From Candidatus Stammera capleta (lineage in GTDB: Bacteria; Pseudomonadota; Gammaproteobacteria; Enterobacterales; Enterobacteriaceae): a stretch of DNA of 64,000 nucleotides. A program made the position numbers and the translations under genes. The stretch spans positions 63,426 through 127,425 of the forward strand of contig CP043983.1 of the NCBI GenBank assembly GCA_015134395.1, given 5' to 3'. A model generated the notes under the pieces. That model was not told the DNA's origin. It saw only the letters and a program-made list of their open reading frames with translations, and did no database searches. Positions within the stretch are counted from its first letter, which is position 1, and each line of letters starts with the position of its first letter. Positions 38,630 to 53,316 of this stretch are shown in pieces.

Positions 38630-38703
38630 CGGTACGAACGGGACTCGAACCCGTGACCTCCAGCGTGACAGGCTGATATTCTAACCAACTGAACTACCGT
38701 ACC
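38630..38703 (-). tRNA. aspT: tRNA-Asp (GUC)
   Basis: The reverse complement GGTACGGTAGTTCAGTTGGTTAGAATATCAGCCTGTCACGCTGGAGGTCACGGGTTCGAGTCCCGTTCGTACCG parallels E. coli tRNA-Asp. Lies 10 nt downstream of 5S. Confidence 0.95.
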
Positions 38704-38713
38704 ATAAATATAA

Positions 38714-38833
38714 TTTCTGGCAGCGTCTTACTCTCGCATAAGAAAATTCTTACACTACCATCAGCGCTATGACATTTCACTTCTGAGTTCGGAATGGATT
38801 CAGGTGGTACTATCATGCTATTACCGCCAGAAA
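38714..38833 (-). rRNA. rrf: 5S ribosomal RNA
   Basis: The reverse complement aligns with E. coli 5S (..CTGGCGG..CCGAACTCAGAAGTGAAA..GATGGTAGTGT..ATGCGAGAGTA..CTGCCAG). Ends are accurate to a few nt. Confidence 0.93.
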
Positions 38834-38841
38834 ATATAAAA

Positions 38842-38856
38842 CATTTTTAGGTTATG

Positions 38857-38864
<8 letters not shown>
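38842..38864 (-). promoter_or_regulatory. 3' arm of 23S processing stem (pairs with 41765-41787)
   Basis: CATTTTTAGGTTATGAAGTTAAG on the + strand at 38842-38864 is the exact reverse complement of 41765-41787, giving a 23/23 match. Confidence 0.8.
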
Positions 38865-41764
<2,900 letters not shown>

Positions 41765-41771
<7 letters not shown>

Positions 41772-41787
41772 TCATAACCTAAAAATG
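41765..41787 (-). promoter_or_regulatory. 5' arm of 23S processing stem (pairs with 38842-38864)
   Basis: CTTAACTTCATAACCTAAAAATG is a perfect 23-nt inverted repeat bracketing the 23S gene. Confidence 0.8.
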
Positions 41788-41814
41788 TCTTATAAAACGA
41801 TTTTTAAAGAATAA

Positions 41815-41886
41815 TGTCCTCTAAGGGATTCGAACCCATATTATCGCCGTGAAAGAGCGATGTCCTAACCCTTAGACGAAGAAGAC
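41815..41886 (-). tRNA. gltU: tRNA-Glu (UUC), 16S-23S spacer tRNA
   Basis: The reverse complement GTCTTCTTCGTCTAAGGGTTAGGACATCGCTCTTTCACGGCGATAATATGGGTTCGAATCCCTTAGAGGACA parallels E. coli tRNA-Glu. No CCA. Confidence 0.95.
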
Positions 41887-41955
41887 TAATATGTATTTAT
41901 TTATTTATATATAATATATATATATATATGACACTTGTATATAATCAAAATTTAA

Positions 41956-43508
<1,553 letters not shown>

Positions 43509-43705
43509 ACAAAACAACAAAAATTCTCAAATAAAAACATTTAAGAATCAAATAATTCTCTTATTAAGATTATTTTACAAGTGCATATATATTATATCTT
43601 TAAAAGAACAAAAACACGTAAAACTTATTAAAATATAGTTTAACAAAAAAAAAAAAATAAAACAAGTATAATATAATAATTTTATATTAATATATATTAA
43701 TATAT

Positions 43706-44158
43706 TTAAACAGATAATATATTTATAATAAAATTTATTTTATTTTGTTTATATAAAATTATATTTATTAAATATTCACCTAAATATTTTAACGAACCAT
43801 TAGGTAAAATAATAGATTTTTTAGGAAATTTTAATTTTATTCTTTTTAATAAAATTTTATATATATCAATAGATTTTAAAGAATTAAATAATTTACCATT
43901 TTTACCAGATTTATAATATAACCTTAATGGAGATAATAAATTTATTTTATTAAAAATTTTAGTAAAATAAATTATTTTTTTATTTTCTAAAAAATTAATA
44001 TCTTTATGTTTTTTATTAAATTTTAAAATATTTTTTTTATTAGCAATTAATACTTTATTATAAGGTATAAGATAATTTCTTGCATAACCAGATTTAACAT
44101 TAATAATATCACCAATTTTACCTAATTTATTTTTTTTTAAAATAATAACCTTTACCAT
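43706..44158 (-). CDS. rplI: 50S ribosomal protein L9
   Basis: MVKVIILKK..LGKIGDIINVKSGYARNYLIP parallels E. coli L9 [32 protein letters not shown]. Confidence 0.92.
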   Translation of the reverse strand: MVKVIILKKNKLGKIGDIINVKSGYARNYLIPYNKVLIANKKNILKFNKKHKDINFLENKKIIYFTKIFNKINLLSPLRLYYKSGKNGKLFNSLKSIDIYKILLKRIKLKFPKKSIILPNGSLKYLGEYLINIILYKQNKINFIINILSV

Positions 44159-44182
44159 ATTTTATTATAACCTGTAATAAAT

Positions 44183-44410
44183 TTATTTATGTAAATCAGT
44201 ATAAGGTAATAAAGCTAAATATCTAGCACGTTTTATTGCAACAGATAACTTTCTTTGATATTTAGAAGAAATACCAGTAATTCTAGAAGGTATAATTTTA
44301 TTACATTCAGTAATATATTTTTTTAATAAATCTATATTTTTATAATCAATTTCTTTTATTTTATTTTTAGTAAAATAACAATATTTTTTACTTTTATTAA
44401 ATTTAAACAT
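44183..44410 (-). CDS. rpsR: 30S ribosomal protein S18
   Basis: ..[48 protein letters not shown] is the S18 signature. Confidence 0.94.
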   Translation of the reverse strand: MFKFNKSKKYCYFTKNKIKEIDYKNIDLLKKYITECNKIIPSRITGISSKYQRKLSVAIKRARYLALLPYTDLHK

Positions 44411-44435
44411 AATTTTATAAACCTAATTTTATAAA

Positions 44436-44723
44436 TTATTTAATAAATTTTTTTCTAATAATTAAAAATCTTAATACATTATTATTTAATTCTAAATCAT
44501 TTTTTATTAAATTAATTGTATTAACATTAACTTTAATATTAATAACAATATAATAAGCTCTATTATTATTTTTTATTTTATAAGATAAATATTTTAAACC
44601 TAATTTTTCTAATTTATAAATTTTACCATTAGAATTTATAATTTTAGAATAATAACTTATTATATCATTAATATATATATCTTTATTATAAAAAATCATT
44701 ATAACAATTTCATAATCACGCAT
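44436..44723 (-). CDS. rpsF: 30S ribosomal protein S6
   Basis: MRDYEIVIMI.. (compare MRHYEIVFMV in E. coli). Operon position rpsF-(priB)-rpsR-rplI. Confidence 0.88.
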   Translation of the reverse strand: MRDYEIVIMIFYNKDIYINDIISYYSKIINSNGKIYKLEKLGLKYLSYKIKNNNRAYYIVINIKVNVNTINLIKNDLELNNNVLRFLIIRKKFIK

Positions 44724-45092
44724 AAATAATCCTATTATTAATAAATATAATATTAAATTATAAATAATTTAAAATATAAAAATATTATTAATAATTAAAA
44801 TAAAAACATAATCAATTATTTAATTATAATAAATTAATGTATAAATTATAAAAACCTTAAAATAAATTATTATACTATATATATAAATAATAAAATAAAT
44901 ATTTATTATATTATTTTATATTAATAAATATAAATATTAATATAAATTAATAAATATAATTTTATAAATTTAATATATATTATTATTAAATAAATAAATA
45001 ATAAATATTTTATTAATATTAAAATATATAATATAAATTATTATTATTAATTTAAATATAATTATTAATAATATTATAATATTATAAATAAA

Positions 45093-45479
45093 TTAACGTT
45101 TAGAATATTGATGTCTACAACGAGATTTACGTAATCCATATTTTTTTCTTTCAACTTTTCTAGAATCACGTGTTAATAAATTATAATTTTTTAATTTTCT
45201 ACGAAAACTATTATCATATTTTAATATTATTCTACTTATACCATGTCTAATAGCAATAACTTGACTACAAATTCCACCACCTTTTACAGTTATATATAAA
45301 TCATGATTATTTAAAAATAAATCATTATTAATAACTTTAAATGGTTGTAAAATAATTTTTTGTTTTATTTTACAATTAAAATATTTATAATAAATAATTT
45401 TATTAATAAATATTTTTCCAGAACCATTTTTTAAAAAAATTCTAGCTGAAGAAGTTTTACGACGTCCAGTACTATACAT
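45093..45479 (-). CDS. rpsI: 30S ribosomal protein S9
   Basis: ..YSTGRRKTSSARIFLK.GSGKI..,..TRDSRKVERKKYGLRKSRCRHQYSKR is the S9 signature. Confidence 0.95.
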   Translation of the reverse strand: MYSTGRRKTSSARIFLKNGSGKIFINKIIYYKYFNCKIKQKIILQPFKVINNDLFLNNHDLYITVKGGGICSQVIAIRHGISRIILKYDNSFRRKLKNYNLLTRDSRKVERKKYGLRKSRCRHQYSKR

Positions 45480-45488
45480 ATAATTTCC

Positions 45489-45899
45489 TTATAAATTAAT
45501 TAAAACAGGTTTCTGAGAAATATGTAAATGATTAGAAAAAGAATATATTTTTAATCTCTTTAAATAACAATAACCTAAATAATTTTTTGGTAACATACCT
45601 TTAACAGCTTTTTTAATTATATATTCAGGAGATTTTTTTAACATTTCTTTAAAAGAAATACTTTTTAAATTACCTATATAACCACTATGACGATAATAAA
45701 TTTTATTATTCATTTTATTACCAGTAACTAATATTTTTTTAACATTTATTAATATAACAAAATTACCAGTATCTTTATACGGTAAATAATTACTTTTATT
45801 TTTACCCATAAGTAATGGTATAATTCTAGTTATTAATCTACCTAAAATTTTATTTTTACAATTAAATAAATATCAATTTAAGTTATTATTATTATTCAT
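45489..45899 (-). CDS. rplM: 50S ribosomal protein L13
   Basis: N-terminal ..NWYLFNCKNKILGRL.. (Trp=TGA) joins track ORF 45489-45809 (..YRHSGYIGNLK..). Upstream of rpsI. Confidence 0.92.
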
Positions 45900-45923
45900 A
45901 ATTATAATTTCTATAAAATATTA

Positions 45924-47378
45924 TTAATTTATACCACCAACAATCATAGAATCAATTTTTAAAGATGGTTGACCTATTCCAACAGGAATATTTTGACCAT
46001 CTTTACAACAAACTCCATTACCAAAATCTAATTTAAAATCATTAGCTACCATACTTATTTTATTTAAAATATCAATTCCATAACCTATTAATGTAATTCC
46101 TTTTATAGGTAAAGAAATTTTTTTATTTTTAATTAAATATCCTTCTAAAACTGTAAATACAAATTTACCAGAAATAGTATCTACTTGACCTCCAGATAAA
46201 TGAACAATATATAATCCATAATCTATACTATCTATAATATCAATAAAATTATCTTTACCAGGTAATAAATATGTATTAGTCATTCTAGGTATAGGTAAAT
46301 GAGCATAAGATTCTCTTCTTGCATTACCAGTAGATTTCATATTCATTAAACGTGCATTTAATTTATCTAACATAAAAGATACTAAAATACCATTTTTAAT
46401 TAAAAAATTTTTATTTGTTAAAGTTCCTTCATCATCTATATTAATAGAACCTCTACTTTCATAAATAGTACCATCATCAATTATATTACATAAACTAGAA
46501 GCAATTTTTTTATTTAATAAATTACTATATATAGAAGAACCTTTATTTATACAATCTCCCTCTAAACCATGACCAATTGCTTCATGAAATAACACACCAG
46601 GAGAACCAGAACCTAAAACAATAGGCATTTTACCTGCCGGAGGTATAATTGCATATAAATTATTAATACCTATTCTTACAGCTTCTTTAGCTCAATATTT
46701 TACTACCGAAATATTATCATATTTTTTACAAATTAATTTATCATAAGAATAACGACCACCTCCTCCACTTAAACCTATTTCTCTTAAATTATCTTTTTCA
46801 ACTTGAACTTTTATTGATAAACATGTTAAAGGTTTTATATCACCAATAAAAACATTATCATTAGATAATATAAGAATAATTTCATAATTACAAAACAATT
46901 TTAAAGAAACATAATTAACCCTACAATCTATTTTTCTTATAAAATTATCTAGATAAAATAATAAATCATATTTATTATTATATGATAATAAATTTAAAGA
47001 TAAATTATTAAATTTATAAAAAGAATTAATACAAGGAGAAAAAAATAATTTTTTTTTTTTCTTAAAAAAATTACTAGAATAAACATTATTTACTTTTTTA
47101 ATACAATCTAATATAGATTTATAATTAATTTCATTAGAATATGAAAAAATAGTTTTTTCACCAGAAACAATTCTTATTCCAACACCATTTATACTATTTA
47201 AAGAAACATTTTTAATAACTTTATTTTCTAAAAATAAACATTCAGAAATAGAATCTTGAAAAAAAATATCACTATAACTTTTATTATTATAAGGTAAATA
47301 AGAAACCATATTTAATAAATCATTCTCAGAAATATTGTTATTATATAAAATATTTTCATAAATTATATCTTTATTCAT
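45924..47378 (-). CDS. tldD: TldD-family metalloprotease
   Basis: Two track fragments share one frame, 484 aa. [11 protein letters not shown] (HExxxH) and the C-terminal ..[14 protein letters not shown] are typical of TldD/PmbA. Confidence 0.88.
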
Positions 47379-47852
47379 ATAAAATTAAAATTATTAATTA
47401 AATAAAAATTATTAAATATTAATTAAATAAATAAAACATAAAATTAAAATAATAACTATACTATAATATATATTATATATATAAATTAAAATTTTAATAA
47501 AATTATAAATAAATATTAAATTAATAATATTAAATAAAATTTAAAGTTAAAAATTAAATTATTTATATATTTACTAAAATTATTTAATAAATTTTAATAT
47601 TTAATATATAAATTATAAATAAATATAATTAAAATTAATTAATTTATATTTATATTTAATATAAAATAAATATAAATATAATATTAATATAATTCTAAAT
47701 AAAAATATTTAAATAAAATATTTAGATAAATTTATTTAATAAATAAATTATAAAATAAATAAACTTAATAAAAATAAAATTTATTATATAATTTAATTTT
47801 AATTAATAAAATTTAATATTAAATATATAAATAAATATAATATAATAATATT

Positions 47853-48911
<1,059 letters not shown>

Positions 48912-49131
48912 TCAAATTTTAAAATTTATATTATATTAAAATATAAAAATATTTAAATAAATAATAATAATTATATACTAATATAATTAAATAATTTATT
49001 TAAATAATATTTATTTATATTAACTTTAAATTAATATTTAAATTTGATATTATTAATTTTTATAAATAATTTTAAATTTATAAAATAAAATTATTAACAT
49101 AATAATCAAAATAAATTAATATAATAATAAA

Positions 49132-49461
49132 ATGTATGCAATAATTTCAATAGGAAAAAAACAATATAAAGTAAAAAAAAATAATAATATTATTATAGAA
49201 AATATAAATAAACCTATAGGAAAAGAAATAATATTTAAAAAAAAAAATATAATAATGATTTTTTATAAAAAAAAAATATTGTATAAAAAAAAAGATATAA
49301 ATTTGTTTATAATAAAAACAAAAATAATATCACATTTTAAAAATAAAAAAATTAAAATATTAAAATTTAAAAGAAGAAAAAATTATAAAAGAAATAAAGG
49401 ATATAAACAAAAATTAACAAAAATAAAAATAAATTATATAGGTAAAAAAAATGGCTCATAA
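49132..49461 (+). CDS. rplU: 50S ribosomal protein L21
   Basis: [14 protein letters not shown].. (compare MYAVFQSGGKQHRV). Immediately upstream of and overlapping rpmA. Confidence 0.88.
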   Translation: MYAIISIGKKQYKVKKNNNIIIENINKPIGKEIIFKKKNIIMIFYKKKILYKKKDINLFIIKTKIISHFKNKKIKILKFKRRKNYKRNKGYKQKLTKIKINYIGKKNGS

Positions 49462-49708
49462 AAAAGCTGGTGGTTCTACTAAAAATGGAAGAGATTCTAA
49501 TTCCAAAAGATTAGGAATAAAACATTTTGGAGGAGAATATATTAATAAAGGATATATAATTTTAAAACAAAGAGGAACTAAATTTCATGCAGGATTTAAT
49601 GTAGGATGTGGAAAAGATCATACATTATATGCATTAAAAGATGGAAAAATAAAATTTACAAAAAAGGGAATAAATAAACGAAAATTTATTAATATAATTG
49701 AAAAATAA
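49451..49708 (+). CDS. rpmA: 50S ribosomal protein L27
   Basis: [27 protein letters not shown]..,..[23 protein letters not shown] is the L27 signature. Confidence 0.96.
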   Translation: MAHKKAGGSTKNGRDSNSKRLGIKHFGGEYINKGYIILKQRGTKFHAGFNVGCGKDHTLYALKDGKIKFTKKGINKRKFINIIEK

Positions 49709-49728
49709 TTTTATAAATAAATAAATAT

Positions 49729-49769
49729 TATATATATATATATATATATTTCTATATATATATATATAT
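49729..49769. repeat. two (TA)n microsatellite runs separated by TTC
   Basis: The sequence is mostly TATATA..., interrupted by TTC at about 49750-49752. Lies in the rpmA-greA spacer and is self-complementary. Confidence 0.85.
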
Positions 49770-49797
49770 TATGATAATTATATTAAAAGGAGATATA

Positions 49798-50268
49798 ATG
49801 AACTATATATTAATGACAATTAAAGGAGAAAAAAATTTAAGAAAAAAATTAGAATTTTTAAAAAAAAATAAAAGACCTCATATTATATCATTAATATCAA
49901 ATGCAAGAAAATTTGGAGATTTAAAAGAAAATGCTGAATATCATGCAGCAAAAGAAGAACAAATAATATGTGAAAAAAAAATTAAAGAAATAGAATATAA
50001 ATTAATGTATGCAAAAATTATTGATGTATCTAAAATAGATAAAAAAAATAAAATTGTATTTGGATCAAAAATAAAAATATTAAATATAAATATAAAAAAA
50101 ATTTTTACATATTATATAGTAGGCGATGATGAATCAAACATAAAAAAAAAATTAATATCAATTAATTCACCATTAATAAAAGCATTAATAGGAAAAAAAA
50201 AAAATGATATTATTATAATAAATACACCAAAAGGTAAAGTTAAATATAAAATAATAAATATTAAATAA
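49798..50268 (+). CDS. greA: transcript cleavage factor GreA
   Basis: MNYILMTIKGEKNLRKKLEFLK..RP.II..I..AR.FGDLKENAEYHAAKEEQ parallels E. coli GreA. AAGGAG at 49787-49792 favours ATG 49798 over the track start at 49771. Confidence 0.92.
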   Translation: MNYILMTIKGEKNLRKKLEFLKKNKRPHIISLISNARKFGDLKENAEYHAAKEEQIICEKKIKEIEYKLMYAKIIDVSKIDKKNKIVFGSKIKILNINIKKIFTYYIVGDDESNIKKKLISINSPLIKALIGKKKNDIIIINTPKGKVKYKIINIK

Positions 50269-50330
50269 TATTATTAATAATTTTAAAATAACTAATATAA
50301 TAATTATTACTATATAATAAATATTATAAA

Positions 50331-50939
50331 ATGAAAAAAAAAAAAATAATATATTTAAAATCTAATAATATATATACAAAACTAGCAAAAAAAAATAATC
50401 TAAGATCCAGATCCTGATTTAAAATATATGAAATACAAAAAAAAACTAATATAATAAAAAAAAATGATAATATTATAGATTTAGGATCATCTCCAGGAGG
50501 TTGATCAAAATTTTTATCTAAAAAAATAAATAAAATAGGTAAAATATTTAGTTGTGATATAAAACCTATGAAATATATAAAAAAAGTTAAATTTATAAAA
50601 GGTGATATTAGTAATATTAAAACAATAAAAAAAATAATTAAAATAACTAAGAATTATAAAATAAATACAATTTTATCAGATATATCACCAAATATATCAG
50701 GTATCAAAGAAATAGATTATCCTAAATTTAAAAAAATAATAAAAAATATAATTTTATTATTTAATAAAAAATTAAAAAAAAATGGTAATTTAATAATCAA
50801 AATATTTTTAGGTAAAAATTTTTCTTATATTATAAAAAAAATTAAAAAAATATTTAAATTTATTAAAATATATAAACCTCAGTCTTCATATTCTTTTTCA
50901 AAAGAAATATATATAATTGCGTTATATTATAAAAAATAA
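50331..50939 (+). CDS. rlmE: 23S rRNA U2552 2'-O-methyltransferase
   Basis: ..LRSRS-W-FKIYEIQ..,..DLGSSPGG-W-SKF.. parallel E. coli RlmE (RSRAWFKLDEIQ, DLGAAPGGWSQ). Upstream of ftsH as in E. coli. Confidence 0.9.
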
Positions 50940-50967
50940 ACTATTTAAATTTTATTAATTAAATTAT

Positions 50968-52794
50968 ATGATAAAAAATTTACTTTTTTGATTAACTGTA
51001 ACAATAATAGTAATGTCTACTTTTCAAAGTATAAGGCAAAAAAAATATAACCTTAAAATAGATTATTCTAGTTTTTTATCAGATATAAAAAACAATAATA
51101 TTAAAGAAGTAAAAATAAATGGTAAAGAAATAAATGTAATCAAAAAAAATAATAATAAATATACAACTTATATACCAATAAATGATTTAACTTTATTAAA
51201 TAAATTAATAAATAAAAATATTAAAATTAATAGTACACCAATTTCAGAACCAAATTTAATAATTTCTATTATAATATCATGATTACCATTAATAATATCA
51301 ATTTTAGTATGATTATTTTTTATAAAACAAATTTATAATAATAGTAAAGGAGCTTTATTTTTTGGAAAAAGTAGAGCTAAAACATTAATTAAAAATAATA
51401 TAAAAACAACTTTTAAAGATATTGCTGGATGTAATGAAGCAAAAGAAGAAGTTAAAGAAATAGTAGAGTATTTAAAAACTCCAAATAAATTTAAAAAATT
51501 AGGTGGAAAAATACCAAAAGGTATATTAATGATTGGATCACCTGGTACAGGAAAAACATTATTAGCAAAAGCTATAGCTGGAGAAGCTAAAGTACCATTT
51601 TATAATATATCAGGATCAGATTTTGTGGAAATGTTTGTAGGAATAGGAGCATCTAGAGTAAGAGATATGTTTTATCAAGCTAAAAAAAATTGTCCATGTA
51701 TAATATTTATAGATGAAATTGATGCTGTAGGAAGACGTAGAGGTATAAATTTTAGTGGAGGACATGACGAAAGAGAACAAACATTAAATCAAATTTTAGT
51801 TGAAATGGATGGTTTTAATAGTAATGAAGAAATAATAATAATTGCAGCTACTAATAGACCAGACGTATTAGATCCAGCATTAATGAGATCAGGGAGATTT
51901 GATAGAAGAATTATAGTAGATTTACCAGATATAAATGGAAGAAAAGAAATAATTAAAATACATACAAGAAATATACCATTAAATAAAGATGTAAATATAG
52001 ATATTATTTCAAAAAGTATACCAGGTTTTTCTGGAGCTGATATAGCAAATTTAATAAATGAAGCTGCATTATTCGCAGCAAAATATAATAAAAAAAATGT
52101 TTCTATGAAAGAATTTGAAAAAGCAAAAGATAAAATAATAATGGGAACAGAAAGAAAATCACTAGTTATGACAAATGATCAAAAAGAACTTGCTGCATAC
52201 CATGAATCAGGACATACAATAGTAGGTGAACTAATACCAAATCATGATCCAGTACATAAAGTTACTATAATACCTAGAGGAAAATCATTAGGAACAACAT
52301 TTTTTTTACCAGAAAATGATAATTTTAATATTAGTTTAAATAAATTAGAAAGTAAAATATCTACTTTATATGGAGGAAGAATAGCTGAAGAAATTATTTA
52401 TGGAAAAAAAAATATATCTACAGGTGCTAGTAATGATATTAAAATAGCAACAATAATAGCTAAAAATATGGTAACAAAATGAGGATTTTCTAAAGAAATA
52501 GGACCTATATCATATATAGATGATGAAGAAATAATTTATACTAATAAAATAATAAAAAATAAAAATTTTTCAAATTATATATCTGAAAAAATAGATAAAG
52601 AAATAAAAAAAATAATAAATAAAAATTATTTACGTGCAAAAAATATAATTATAAAAAATATAAATATATTACATAAAATGAAAAATAAATTAATAAAATA
52701 TGAAACATTAAATAAAAATCAAATAAAAAAAATTATATATAAATCAAAAATAAATAATTTAATTAAAAATAATATTAAAAATAAAAGAGATTAA
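50968..52794 (+). CDS. ftsH: ATP-dependent zinc metalloprotease FtsH
   Basis: MIKNLLF-W-L.. N-terminus, Walker [26 protein letters not shown] zinc site. All fragments share one frame, 608 aa. Confidence 0.96.
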
Positions 52795-52795
52795 A

Positions 52796-53071
52796 ATGTA
52801 TAAAATATTTTCAATAATATTTTTATTTATTTGTATAATTTTAATAACTATAATAATATCTACACCTAGTAAAAATAATATTATAGGTGCATCTATAAAT
52901 ACAGATAATACAATTATTACATCAAAATTTTTTAAAAATACATTAAATTCAATTATTATAATATTTGCTATATTATTTTATTCAGTAGCATTAATATTAA
53001 ATTTAATACATAATAATAAAATTAATAAATTATATAATCAAAAATATATTAAAATATTTAAAAATAAATAA
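52796..53071 (+). CDS. secG: preprotein translocase subunit SecG
   Basis: 91-aa two-TM protein starting MY... Sits directly upstream of a tRNA-Leu, as with E. coli secG-leuU. Sequence similarity alone is weak. Confidence 0.65.
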   Translation: MYKIFSIIFLFICIILITIIISTPSKNNIIGASINTDNTIITSKFFKNTLNSIIIIFAILFYSVALILNLIHNNKINKLYNQKYIKIFKNK

Positions 53072-53092
53072 ATTTATATTAAACCGAGATGG

Positions 53093-53163
53093 TGAAAAGG
53101 TAAACACGCTACTTTAAGATAGTAGTTTTATTTAAATTGCGGGTTCGAATCCCGCTCTCGGCA
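53093..53163 (+). tRNA. leuU: tRNA-Leu with anticodon AAG (leuU position), long variable arm
   Basis: ACCGAGA TGGTGAAAAGGTAAACAC G CTACT-TTAAGAT-AGTAG TTTTATTTAAATT GCGGG-TTCGAAT-CCCGC TCTCGGC A. The perfect 5-bp anticodon stem fixes the 7-nt loop, so positions 34-36 are AAG. A1 is opposite C72. No CCA. Confidence 0.8.
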
Positions 53164-53316
53164 AAATATATTCTTCAACTATAATATTAAATAAATTTCT
53201 ATATTTAATATCTCTAATATATAATAAATACATTTAAATAATCATTAATAAATAATATTTATAAATATATCTTTAATAAATAAATACCTTATATATTTTA
53301 ATTGAGGCATATTAAA

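Noticed and set aside
43509-43705. Specific -35/-10 promoter calls upstream of the rRNA operon and elsewhere.
   Set aside because: TATAAT-like and TTGACA-like hexamers occur by chance almost everywhere in sequence this AT-rich. I could not single out a convincing pair with correct spacing.
49771-49797. Longer upstream starts offered by the track for greA (49771), grpE (58047), nusA (TTG 53302) and rpsH (TTG 20860).
   Set aside because: Ortholog N-termini align with the downstream ATGs. For greA, grpE and nusA a Shine-Dalgarno motif (AAGGAG or GAGG) precedes the downstream ATG.
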